NCBI GenBank assembly: GCA_001819815.1 | Contig: MHNO01000009.1 | Coordinates: 460-64,459, forward strand | From: Candidatus Ryanbacteria bacterium RIFCSPHIGHO2_02_FULL_45_17b | GTDB taxonomy: Bacteria; Patescibacteriota; Minisyncoccia; Ryanbacterales; 2-02-FULL-48-12 | Length of the DNA: 64,000 bases | Direction of reading: 5' to 3' | Part shown: positions 48,243 through 56,779 of the stretch, piece after piece | How positions within the stretch are numbered: the stretch's first letter is position 1 | How the letters are laid out: every line of letters starts with the position of its first letter | Notes under the pieces: model-generated | What the model was told of the DNA's origin: nothing | The model's database searches: none | Seen by the model: only the letters and a program-made list of their open reading frames with translations | Translations under genes and position numbers: made by a program

Positions 48243-49011
48243 TTATAACAATGTAAACGCGACGCACATCCGTAAGAGTAATGGGATGGCTGAGGCGCGC
48301 TATTTGGAAAGGTCCCGCATCGGACTTTTCTATTTGTTCTATATACCCAAGCATATAGTCTGGCGGACCAACCGAAAACAATGGCTCTCCTTTGCGCACC
48401 GGGATACTGGCTGGCACCTGTATTTCAAGCACACCAGCGCCCTGCCCTGTCGCTACTGACAAAACACCAGACTCGGGTAATGAGACACTTATTTTTTCAC
48501 CCACATGAGAGAGAAGACGCACAACCGAAGTGTGCGACGCAACGTCCGCAATCGTTCCTATTTGTATAGTACCCTCAGCAACCAGCACAGGCATATCCTT
48601 CTTCACTCCTTCGCGCTCTCCCGCATCCACCACCAAAAAGTCATCTACACGCGAAGAGGAATGTCCAACCACGCGCGCGTATACCAATTTCGTTCTATCC
48701 TCCGTTCTTCCCAACACAGCGCGTAATTCCTCATTCTCTCTTTTTATATTCTCACCAAAAACACGTTCTGTCTCAAGTATTTGATTCTTGAGACGAAGCT
48801 GACGGATTTCTTCCGCTCGCCGCGAACTATGTAAAAATACATCCAGCACATCGCCAACCACATAGCCCATCTTTGTAAATGAATACATCACAGGACGAAA
48901 ACCATCCAGCAACAGCGCATGTATGCTGTTTCCAAAATACAGGACAAGCCCTATCGCAAACATAAGCAGGATGGATAGCGTTTTTCGCCTATACCACCAC
49001 ATCGTTTTCAT
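48226..49011 (-). CDS. mreC: rod shape-determining protein MreC
   Basis: N-terminal TM helix, coiled coil (QLRLKNQILETE) and a beta-rich C-terminus. The start is ambiguous: Met codons at 49011 (MKTM...) and 49002 both overlap the mreB end. The track ORF runs to 49074. Confidence 0.7.
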   Translation of the reverse strand: MKTMWWYRRKTLSILLMFAIGLVLYFGNSIHALLLDGFRPVMYSFTKMGYVVGDVLDVFLHSSRRAEEIRQLRLKNQILETERVFGENIKRENEELRAVLGRTEDRTKLVYARVVGHSSSRVDDFLVVDAGEREGVKKDMPVLVAEGTIQIGTIADVASHTSVVRLLSHVGEKISVSLPESGVLSVATGQGAGVLEIQVPASIPVRKGEPLFSVGPPDYMLGYIEQIEKSDAGPFQIARLSHPITLTDVRRVYIVISVSYE

Positions 49012-50047
49012 GTTCCAAAAGGACATTACGCAATATGTCGAGATCCTCCAAGATAATGCCGGTTCCACGCACAACAGCAGTCAATGGATCATCCGCAATC
49101 CGCACCGGCATCCGCGTTTCACGTTCAATAATATTGGGAAGCCCGCGAATCAATGCGCCGCCGCCCACGAGCACGATGCCGCGATGCATAATATCAGCGA
49201 CCAACTCCGGTGGCGTATCTTCTACGGTAGCTTTTATAGAGCTTATAATAAGCTTTATGGAACGGGAAATAGCTTCCCGCATGTCTGTACTCGAAATAAG
49301 CACTTCGCGCGGCAGACCGGTAATAAGATCCCTTCCGCGCATAGTGGTTTCCATTTCTTCATCGCCGTCCCACACAGAACCGATTGCCATTTTTATATCC
49401 TCCGCGGTACGTTCTCCAATGAGCATCTTAAATTCGTCACGCGTAAATGTAATAATGTCTTCGTTTAATTTATCACCCGCTATTTTTATATTACGCGATG
49501 CCACAATACCGCCCAAGGAAATAACTGCAATATCCGTAGTGCCGCCGCCTATGTCCACAACCATGTTTCCTACCGGCTCTTGTACCGGCATGCGAATACC
49601 TACTGCCGCGGCCATGGGTTCTTCCACAAGATAAACTTCCCGAGCGCCCGCGTTCACCGCCGCATCGCGTACTGCTCGCCGCTCTACCTCGGTAGTGGCA
49701 GAAGGAATACCGATGACCACGCGCGGACGCGCCAAAAAACCGTATCGCACGTTGTGCACTTTGCGGATAAAATATTTCATCATTTCTTCCGTTACCTCGA
49801 AATCAGAAATGACCCCTTCCACTAACGGACGCACCGCTACAATGTGTGCCGGCGTACGCCCCACCATGCGCCGTGCTTCGTTCCCCACCGCGACCACCTG
49901 ATTTGTTTTTTGATTTATGGCAACAACAGACGGTTCGTTTATCACAACACCATCCCCTTGAACATACACCAATGTGTTGGCCGTTCCGAGGTCAATACCA
50001 ATGTCTTTGGAGAAAAATCTAAATAATCTATTGAACATATGTGCCAA
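48989..50047 (-). CDS. mreB: rod shape-determining protein MreB
   Basis: IGIDLGTANTLVYV (phosphate 1) and NEPSVVAI, in an actin-fold ATPase. Confidence 0.9.
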   Translation of the reverse strand: MAHMFNRLFRFFSKDIGIDLGTANTLVYVQGDGVVINEPSVVAINQKTNQVVAVGNEARRMVGRTPAHIVAVRPLVEGVISDFEVTEEMMKYFIRKVHNVRYGFLARPRVVIGIPSATTEVERRAVRDAAVNAGAREVYLVEEPMAAAVGIRMPVQEPVGNMVVDIGGGTTDIAVISLGGIVASRNIKIAGDKLNEDIITFTRDEFKMLIGERTAEDIKMAIGSVWDGDEEMETTMRGRDLITGLPREVLISSTDMREAISRSIKLIISSIKATVEDTPPELVADIMHRGIVLVGGGALIRGLPNIIERETRMPVRIADDPLTAVVRGTGIILEDLDILRNVLLEHENDVVV

Positions 50048-50107
50048 AAAATTAAGGAGTGAAACGATTATTCCACCATGGGAGGCGGGATACCCTAAAA
50101 AACGAAT

Positions 50108-51352
50108 CTATACAGTTTTGAGTTTCTCAACAATACCTGCCTCTGATACATATTCTATTGCCGAACGTTGTCTATTCTTTACCTCCACCATTCCCTTCTC
50201 CATGGTGCGTTTACTTACAACGATTCTCCATGGAATACCAATCAAATCCGCATCGGCAAATTTCTCACCCGCCGTACGGTCAGCGCGGTCATCATACATC
50301 ACATTCATACCTTTTTGCTCCAATGCTTGAACTATACCCTCTGCCTCTCTTTCTTTACCATCCAATACAATACCATGCACGTCATAGGGCGCAACAGAGG
50401 CGGGCCAGACAAGACCCTTGTCGTCTGAAAAAACTTCTGCGATGACCCCCATCAGCCTTGTTATGCCGATGCCATACGAGCCAAGAAAAGGCATGTTCTT
50501 GTTTCCTTCCGCATCAGTAAAATACAACCCCAACTCCTCGCATTTTTTTGTGCCGAACGTAAAAATATTCCCAACCTCTGCCGCTTTTTTCTGTTCAAAG
50601 TCAGACCTCTCCGCGTTCATTTTCTGCAGAGTTTCATCAGTAAAGATTTCTCCATTGAGCGCATGCGTACCGTCTTTGTGTACATAAATAACATCCTCGC
50701 CCGCCTCGCATACTGTCTGAAATTCGTGGCTGAATTTTTCCGTAAATAATCCACCGGATGCCGACGTAACAAATGTACGATCGCCAAGTCCGACATTTCG
50801 GAATACATTCATATACGCATCAGTCGCTTTAGCATAAAACGCTATGTGTTGTTCTTCAGTCAAAGAATAGGAATACATGTCTTTCATGATGAATTCGCGA
50901 CAGCGCATGATGCCGCTTTTTGCCCGCACCTCGTTCCGCAATTTATTTTGAAACTGGTGCACATACCGCGGCAGGTCCGCATAGCTCGCTATGTGCCCTT
51001 TTATCATGTCTGTGATAGGTTCCTCATGCGACCACCCGAACCCGATTTCATTTCCGTTTTTTAATTGCGACTTAAACCACACATCCACCGCCTCATCGCT
51101 CCACCGGTTTGTTTTTTCCCATATGTCTTTGTTTTGTATTGTTGACATAATAAGTTCCTGGGATCCCAAAGCTTCCATCTCGGCAGAAACAATACGCTTG
51201 ATAGTATTGATTACCCTAAGCCCAAGCGGCAAATACGAATATACCCCGGCCATTTCCTTATGAATAAAGCCTGCTTGAATCAACAGCTGGGCATTTCGGC
51301 TTGATTCATCCGCCGGGGCCTCCCGTCGGGTTTTGGTAAACAATTGCGACAT
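50108..51352 (-). CDS. proS: prolyl-tRNA synthetase (short form without the INS editing domain)
   Basis: MSQLFTKTRREAPADESSRNAQLLIQAGFIHK matches the ProRS N-terminus. Class II core and a C-terminal anticodon-binding domain. The track ORF extends 25 codons upstream. Confidence 0.9.
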   Translation of the reverse strand: MSQLFTKTRREAPADESSRNAQLLIQAGFIHKEMAGVYSYLPLGLRVINTIKRIVSAEMEALGSQELIMSTIQNKDIWEKTNRWSDEAVDVWFKSQLKNGNEIGFGWSHEEPITDMIKGHIASYADLPRYVHQFQNKLRNEVRAKSGIMRCREFIMKDMYSYSLTEEQHIAFYAKATDAYMNVFRNVGLGDRTFVTSASGGLFTEKFSHEFQTVCEAGEDVIYVHKDGTHALNGEIFTDETLQKMNAERSDFEQKKAAEVGNIFTFGTKKCEELGLYFTDAEGNKNMPFLGSYGIGITRLMGVIAEVFSDDKGLVWPASVAPYDVHGIVLDGKEREAEGIVQALEQKGMNVMYDDRADRTAGEKFADADLIGIPWRIVVSKRTMEKGMVEVKNRQRSAIEYVSEAGIVEKLKTV

Positions 51353-51480
51353 TCTTTGCATATGCATGCAGTATAGGAAAAAACCCGAAATTAGGCAAAA
51401 AATGAAAAAATGTGCAAAGCCGAGCATTGCACAAGAAAAAGACCTGGAAAAACCAGGCCTCTGAAAGAAGGAGCTACTTG

Positions 51481-51936
51481 TCAGTTTTCATGGAACCACA
51501 GAAGCGCATTTTGCACGGCAACCATGCGGCCCTCCAAAAGATATTCACGCAAATTTTTTGGCTGCCAAGCCGGAAATGTTCTCGAGGGCACGTTCGGCAA
51601 AGGATACCAAGGCGGCTCTTCCTTCATACAACGAAACATGCTTGTTTCCGTGAGGAACTCTCTCATACGAATATCTGCATTTTTTTCGTAACCAACAAAC
51701 CTCAAGAGCGACGAGACAATACTGTAAATCATATACAACTTATCATAGAGAAGCCATTCGGCATGCTCCACGCCAATATCACCATTCGGGATTGTTGTCC
51801 GCCTGAATAACTTATGAATATCCTCTGACTTTACATTTGTTATCTGGGCAAGCTCCGTAGGAGTGAACACAAGTTGCAATACGTATCCACGCAGTCTACA
51901 TCCGCTTAATTTTTGCAATCGTTCCCTTTTAAACAC
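51481..51936 (-). CDS. hypothetical protein (151 aa)
   Basis: Lies in the AT-rich patch downstream of the TIR-flanked gene. No motif recognised. Confidence 0.4.
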   Translation of the reverse strand: MFKRERLQKLSGCRLRGYVLQLVFTPTELAQITNVKSEDIHKLFRRTTIPNGDIGVEHAEWLLYDKLYMIYSIVSSLLRFVGYEKNADIRMREFLTETSMFRCMKEEPPWYPLPNVPSRTFPAWQPKNLREYLLEGRMVAVQNALLWFHEN

Positions 51937-52024
51937 AAACCACCTCCTTGTATCATTTTCCTTAAGAGTTTAGCATATCTTTCATCACATAGCAATTGTG
52001 CAGGCATATACATGCGTATGTATA

Positions 52025-52069
52025 AAATTCCTAAACATATCGACGGTCGTCCATTATTTTAGGAATTCC
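52025..52069. repeat. left terminal inverted repeat (about 45 bp, internally palindromic)
   Basis: aaaattcctaaacatatcgacggtcgtccattattttaggaattcc. Its reverse complement matches 52776..52820 at 43/46 positions. It contains the nested palindromes TTCCTAAA...TTTAGGAA and CGACGGTCGTC. Confidence 0.7.
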
Positions 52070-52133
52070 ACGACAGGTTATTTCACACGAACTTTTTTAT
52101 CCTCTACTGTGCAGTATCTCTATATTTGTATTT

Positions 52134-52757
52134 CTATGTCTGTTTTGGTAAAAAAAACAATCTCCGAAGATATGCATCCCCTCCCATTTTCTCTGTAACA
52201 AAATAAAGCGCCTCGTATCCTAGTTTTAAATCAGTCTTAAGTAAGGCAAGAACTTCTTCACAATCATATGGATATACCCACACACTATTCTGCAGTTTTC
52301 GAAACCCTATATTCCGAAGTTCAACACGAAGATGATTTCTTATCTTACGACGTTTTTCTATTACATCAAACATCACTATACGCCATTTACCATCCCATGG
52401 TTCAGGTGAGTTTTTATAAAACTGAAGTTTTTCAAAGCGCATTCTTCCTTTCTTGGTAAGTCGCACATGGGGTGTTTCTCCTTCCACATGATCTAGAGCA
52501 AGAATACCATCCTTAATAAACCTTTGCAGAGTCTCGCTTATCCGGTAACGCGGATTATTTTTTTTCCAACGTTTTGGTTCTACGTATTTGAGTATCTGAA
52601 CAGCATTGGGTGCCAAAATGGCAATACTCACAATCCCAGCAATACCTATAATACCCAACACCACATCGCTAACGGGCAATTTTTCGTTGTATTCCGGCAA
52701 TTGAGGAAGAAACTCATTACTCCAACCGCTTATCAATTTTTTCTTATGTTCGTACAT
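52134..52757 (-). CDS. membrane-anchored wHTH plus Cas2-like (VapD/Cas2-fold) domain protein; PaaX-like architecture
   Basis: TM helix (VVLGIIGIAGIVSIAILA); wHTH (RYRISETLQRFIKDGILALDH...VRLTKKGR); then WRIVMFDVIEKRRKIRNHLRVELRNIGFRKLQNSVWVYP, which resembles the Cas2 core YDV...R.RV...L...G.RlQ.SVF. Start taken at MYEHKKK, after the right IR. Confidence 0.55.
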   Translation of the reverse strand: MYEHKKKLISGWSNEFLPQLPEYNEKLPVSDVVLGIIGIAGIVSIAILAPNAVQILKYVEPKRWKKNNPRYRISETLQRFIKDGILALDHVEGETPHVRLTKKGRMRFEKLQFYKNSPEPWDGKWRIVMFDVIEKRRKIRNHLRVELRNIGFRKLQNSVWVYPYDCEEVLALLKTDLKLGYEALYFVTEKMGGDAYLRRLFFLPKQT

Positions 52758-52775
52758 GATGAATAGAATCAAAAT

Positions 52776-52820
52776 ATAATTCCTAAAATAATGAACGACC
52801 GTCGATATATTTAGGAATTT
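52776..52820. repeat. right terminal inverted repeat (about 45 bp)
   Basis: ataattcctaaaataatgaacgaccgtcgatatatttaggaatttt. The same peptide KFLNISTVVHYFRN appears in ORF-track translations on both strands (ORFs 51998..52198 + and 52134..52841 -), which confirms the inverted repeat. Confidence 0.7.
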
Positions 52821-52895
52821 TTTATAAATATATCGTACCATGAAAGCTCAACAGGTTGAAACAAGAAAAGCGGCTTTGGAAAGCCGCTTGCGATA

Positions 52896-53213
52896 CTATA
52901 CCACTTGTTCAAGAATAACCCACTCACTAAATGTGCCTCGTTTCTTTGCTTTCTTTTTCCGCGCGTTGTCCACTTCCTTAAAAAAAATCTTATCAACCTT
53001 ACAAAGCAAACGCACAACCTCTAATATATCCGCGAGTTCGCCCAATTTTCCTTCTTTCGTTTTTGCGTCCGCGTATTCCCGCACTTCCTCCCATAATTTT
53101 TCTACTGCATAATTGCGGCGTTCACCCGGAATTGCAATTCGACATGTCGGTGTCTGTCCCTTTTCTTTTATGATACGGGGAATCTCGTTTCGAACCAGCT
53201 TGTTGTATTTCAT
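52896..53213 (-). CDS. MazG-like nucleoside triphosphate pyrophosphohydrolase (PRA-PH-like)
   Basis: MKYNKLVRNEIPRIIKEKGQTP...LWEEVREY...ELADILEVVRLL matches the KLVRDKIPEII...ELADVLEV small all-alpha NTP-PPase family. Confidence 0.6.
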   Translation of the reverse strand: MKYNKLVRNEIPRIIKEKGQTPTCRIAIPGERRNYAVEKLWEEVREYADAKTKEGKLGELADILEVVRLLCKVDKIFFKEVDNARKKKAKKRGTFSEWVILEQVV

Positions 53214-53230
53214 AAAGGTTCCTTCCTGTT

Positions 53231-53467
53231 TTACTTTTCATCCTCCACTATATATCGAAACCGCGGGCCTTTGTAGTTATATTCCGGCATGTCTACTTCT
53301 TCCAAAAACATTTCTTTCGGTCGTATCTCAATGCGAAACTCACCGTATAGGGGCACATACAAAACCATCGGCTCTCGTGTTTCGTGATGGCATCCCTCGC
53401 CGATTACCAAGTAGTCCTTTCCTTTATAGTGCCGATAGCGCCCTTTTTTTATTTCTGGCACAATCAT
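53231..53467 (-). CDS. DUF1653-family small protein
   Basis: YRHYKGKDYLVIGEGCHHETREPMVLYVPLY resembles the DUF1653 core. Confidence 0.55.
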   Translation of the reverse strand: MIVPEIKKGRYRHYKGKDYLVIGEGCHHETREPMVLYVPLYGEFRIEIRPKEMFLEEVDMPEYNYKGPRFRYIVEDEK

Positions 53468-54186
53468 CTTTTATAAATCTTTTGGATATCTGATACCCGA
53501 CCTGCCTGACCGAGTGTATAATCATCTTGCACTACATACAAACGCCTGTCGTGAGTAGAAAAATATGCGTTTGTTTCATTCTCTTTTGTTGCATCTTCCT
53601 CGGTCTTTGGACCTGTAATAATTGTCGGCTCAATATTTATGGTTGAGAAAACTATATCGCGCATCTTATTCATTGATTCTTCATAGGCATCCCAGTAGTA
53701 TTCTTCGGTTATTGAGCTGTCAAATCGTGGATACTGCCCACCTAAAAAGACAATATCGATTGATCCTTCTATTGATTGTTCCTTTAACGTCGTGAGACAT
53801 TCAGCTAAATTAACGCTAAATTTTTCCTCAATTTCTTCCACAAATGTTGCTCCGGGATTTTGGTGAGACATGAAAGATATGTTTTCTCCTTCCCTGTTTC
53901 TACCTACGGCAACTATACCAAGACAGATAAAGTATCCTTCCGAATATTTATCTTTACTGTCAACAGGAGAAATTGCATATGAGCCATCGTCGCAACCATG
54001 CTTCATATCTCTTTTTTCTAGTTCGCCTTGTGTCGCATGCCAATCTATATTCACCCCCTCCTTTTTTATTTGGTCTATTTTTTCTTTGGACTCGGGAGAT
54101 AGTGTATCGGGATTTTCAAAGCAGGCAAATATGACTTTATCAGCCTGCTCAACATGAGATTCTCCATTAAATTCAGGTGATTCCAT
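53464..54186 (-). CDS. hypothetical protein (240 aa, acidic)
   Basis: ORF in the accessory patch. Start overlaps the DUF1653 stop (ATGA). No motif recognised. Confidence 0.4.
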   Translation of the reverse strand: MESPEFNGESHVEQADKVIFACFENPDTLSPESKEKIDQIKKEGVNIDWHATQGELEKRDMKHGCDDGSYAISPVDSKDKYSEGYFICLGIVAVGRNREGENISFMSHQNPGATFVEEIEEKFSVNLAECLTTLKEQSIEGSIDIVFLGGQYPRFDSSITEEYYWDAYEESMNKMRDIVFSTINIEPTIITGPKTEEDATKENETNAYFSTHDRRLYVVQDDYTLGQAGRVSDIQKIYKR

Positions 54187-54216
54187 GACTAAATTTTAAC
54201 AAGTTATTACTTATTT

Positions 54217-55314
54217 TCAAAAAATCTTCGTCAAATCAAAATACGTAACAACCAGCATCAAAAGAATCAGCACTATAAATCCAGACGTATGGGCAAATTG
54301 ACTTACGCGCACGCCTATCGGTTTTCCGCGTAGTTTTTCAATTATCAAAAACAGCACCCGCCCGCCATCCAGCGCGGGAATGGGCAAAATGTTTAAAATG
54401 GCAAGGTTGATAGAAAGCACTGCTATCAACTGCAAAAGATACGCGAACCCAAGCGCGCTTGCTTGCCCTGCGACTTTGGCAATACCTACCGGCCCCGCGA
54501 CGGAATTTATCACATCCGAGCTAACGATATTCGCGAAAAAGAATGCGAGACCTCCCGCTACAAATTTTGTAGTAGCAATGGTCGTTAACAACCCCTCCCA
54601 AGGCGCCCGATACCAAGCGGTTCGTATGATACCAACTTTTGCCATCGCAATCCCTAAAAGGCCCTCTCCCGCAGGCGCTTCTTTCCGAAGCCTAATTGGC
54701 AAACGCAGTTCTTCATTCACTCGTTCCACCACCATGGTTATATCTCCACCCGCGTGTGTTTTTACAAAATTTTGCACCTGCTCAATTTCCGAAACATGTA
54801 CCGTTACGGGATGCCAAGAACTTTCCGTATCAGAGGAAGGTATCAATTCAAGAATAGAATCTCCTGCTTTTACGCCCGCTTCGGCCGCAGGAGACCCGGG
54901 TATCACATCCACCACGCGCACCATCGCATCACGCGCATCTTCCCCTGCGCCCACTACGCCTGGTATGCCAATGCCATGTCCAATAGTAAAAAGAACATAC
55001 GCAAGCACAAAATTCATTCCTACCCCCGCCACAAGCACCAAAAACCGATCCCACGCGCTACGAGCCGCGAAATTATGCGGATCGTTTGCGCCATCTGCGT
55101 CGTCTTCACCCCAAATTTTTACAAACCCGCCAAACGGCAATAAATTAAAAGAATAGAATGTTTCTCCATGTTGCTTGCCAAATAATCGCGGTGGAAATCC
55201 AAACCCAAACTCGTCCACCCGCATTCCTTTCCACTTGGCAACAATAAAATGACCGAACTCGTGAGAGAGCACAAGCACAGCAATAACCAATAAAAAAAGT
55301 AAGAATGTAAGCAT
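54217..55314 (-). CDS. rseP: RIP metalloprotease RseP (site-2 protease)
   Basis: HEFGH zinc motif in TM1, a PDZ domain (IPGSPAAEAGVKAGD), an LDG motif and a C-terminal TM. Confidence 0.9.
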   Translation of the reverse strand: MLTFLLFLLVIAVLVLSHEFGHFIVAKWKGMRVDEFGFGFPPRLFGKQHGETFYSFNLLPFGGFVKIWGEDDADGANDPHNFAARSAWDRFLVLVAGVGMNFVLAYVLFTIGHGIGIPGVVGAGEDARDAMVRVVDVIPGSPAAEAGVKAGDSILELIPSSDTESSWHPVTVHVSEIEQVQNFVKTHAGGDITMVVERVNEELRLPIRLRKEAPAGEGLLGIAMAKVGIIRTAWYRAPWEGLLTTIATTKFVAGGLAFFFANIVSSDVINSVAGPVGIAKVAGQASALGFAYLLQLIAVLSINLAILNILPIPALDGGRVLFLIIEKLRGKPIGVRVSQFAHTSGFIVLILLMLVVTYFDLTKIF

Positions 55315-55343
55315 AAAACTTCAGGTGATAATATTTACATTAA

Positions 55344-55410
55344 AAATTTCTAATATAACGTCTTGCGATGACCAAAATTGGGTCATCGCAAGACGTTATA
55401 TTAGAAATTT
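55344..55410. repeat. 30-bp perfect inverted repeat (long hairpin) between frr and rseP
   Basis: aaatttctaatataacgtcttgcgatgacc-aaaattg-ggtcatcgcaagacgttatattagaaattt. The right arm includes the frr stop codon (tta at 55409-11). Confidence 0.6.
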
Positions 55411-55975
55411 ATACTTCCATGATTTCTTTTTCTTTTCTTTCTCGCAGATTCTCCAATTCTATGTTGAATCCGTCCATTTTTTTCTGCAATTCGTCTTTTA
55501 CGCGAAACTTTTCATCTTCTGAAATAATTTTATCTTTTTCAGACTGTTGAATATCTTTCCATGCGTCATCGCGGGTTCTCCGTGTTTTCATGCGCGCCTC
55601 TTCTGTTTTCCCATTCAGAATTTTAAGAAGATCTTTTCGCCGCTCTTCGGTAAGCTGAGGCAATGTCAACCGAATATGATCTCCGTCGGCAATGGGCGCG
55701 AAATTCAAAGACGAGTTCTCAATAGCTTTCCCGATTGCTTCAAGCACGCCTTTGTCCCATGGCTGAATAACCAACGACCGAGCATCAGGCGCGGAAATGG
55801 AAGCAATGTGCTTTAAAGGAGTTTTTGTGCCATAGGAATCCACGAGCAAATCTTCCACCAACGCAGGCGTTGCGCGCCCTGTGCGAAGCGATGCGATTTC
55901 CCCACGAAACCATGCGTTCGCGCTTGCAAGTTCTTGTTCGAATTCTTTGAGAATATCTTTCACTCGTTTTATCAT
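55409..55975 (-). CDS. frr: ribosome recycling factor
   Basis: IKRVKDILKEFEQELASANAWFRGEIASLRTGRATPALVEDLLVDSYG matches RRF. Confidence 0.9.
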   Translation of the reverse strand: MIKRVKDILKEFEQELASANAWFRGEIASLRTGRATPALVEDLLVDSYGTKTPLKHIASISAPDARSLVIQPWDKGVLEAIGKAIENSSLNFAPIADGDHIRLTLPQLTEERRKDLLKILNGKTEEARMKTRRTRDDAWKDIQQSEKDKIISEDEKFRVKDELQKKMDGFNIELENLRERKEKEIMEV

Positions 55976-56022
55976 AGCCTATCTCAACATAAAATCAAGG
56001 TAAAAAGTCCTCATGTGACCGT

Positions 56023-56052
56023 TCAAAAAAGCGACCTTTTGGTAAAGTCGCT
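56023..56052 (-). terminator. rho-independent terminator downstream of the truncated GT4 gene
   Basis: On the minus strand: AAGCGAC-tttaccaaaag-GTCGCTT followed by TTTTTGAACGG. Confidence 0.55.
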
Positions 56053-56117
56053 TCATACGCTTGAATGGTACCGTAGAGCGTTCTCATCGGGAAGATCAGG
56101 AGAAGCTCTATGGTTGC

Positions 56118-56774
56118 TTAAAACATACGCAAAGCCTCAGCATATAATTCAAGATAGTCAAGCGCTTTCCAAGCCAAAAAAGACAGATGCCTGTCATCCT
56201 CTGCATCCGTCCATAATGAATCTCCACCAAGAAAAGACAAATAATATCCTTCTTGGCAAGGCAAAAGACGCATAGAAACCTTGTTGCCGAAAGGTTCATC
56301 TGCGTGCATGAAAAATACTTTTTTTGCGCTTGTATCAGCAATGCGCCCTGCCGCCAGCAACTCGACATCGTGAATAAGTAAGATATCTGCGTGAACACCA
56401 GCTATCGCGTATGCGATATCTTTGCTTTGTTCAAAATAGAATTGCCATTCTCCTTCTGAAATACCATCTGCACCTACCGTGGCGCGCGACCCTTGCAACG
56501 CATGATGAATCTTTTTTGTTACGGAAAAAAAGGGATGTCTCACTGTAAGCACACGCCACATACTTTCCACCGGCAAACTTTGTTCAAACGGCACCAAGCT
56601 CTCTAGAATTTCAGCGACTCTGCCACCTGTGTCCGTCGCGCTAATATGTATAATACGTTTACCAAGAAGCTGACGCGCTAATTCTTCCAAGCGCTCCGCT
56701 TCCCTATGAGTTAAAAAACGGCGATAGTCATTAAAAGAATATATGGATCGTATGTTTGCAGGACGCAACATCAC
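56118..56774 (-). CDS. N-terminal half of a TreT-like GT4 glycosyltransferase (truncated; possible pseudogene)
   Basis: LLGKRIIHISATDTGGRVAEILESLVP and FFSVTKKIHHALQG match the TreT N-domain (GRKIAHINST..GGGVAE, FFNVTKKFHNALQG). It stops after about 218 aa, with no C-terminal GT domain before the terminator and frr. Confidence 0.45.
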   Translation of the reverse strand: MMLRPANIRSIYSFNDYRRFLTHREAERLEELARQLLGKRIIHISATDTGGRVAEILESLVPFEQSLPVESMWRVLTVRHPFFSVTKKIHHALQGSRATVGADGISEGEWQFYFEQSKDIAYAIAGVHADILLIHDVELLAAGRIADTSAKKVFFMHADEPFGNKVSMRLLPCQEGYYLSFLGGDSLWTDAEDDRHLSFLAWKALDYLELYAEALRMF

Positions 56775-56779
56775 AGTAC

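Larger units (their letters stand above)
52025..52820 (-). mobile_element. putative TIR-bounded cassette (MITE-like or IS-derived) carrying the wHTH-Cas2-like gene
   Basis: About 45-bp near-identical TIRs separated by about 706 bp, enclosing a single 208-aa ORF. No transposase or target-site duplication identified. Confidence 0.35.

Noticed and set aside
54380-55156. 258-aa plus-strand ORF overlapping rseP
   Set aside because: It is antisense to rseP, whose HEFGH/PDZ motifs are unambiguous. Its composition is Ser/Thr/Pro/Ala-rich shadow ORF.
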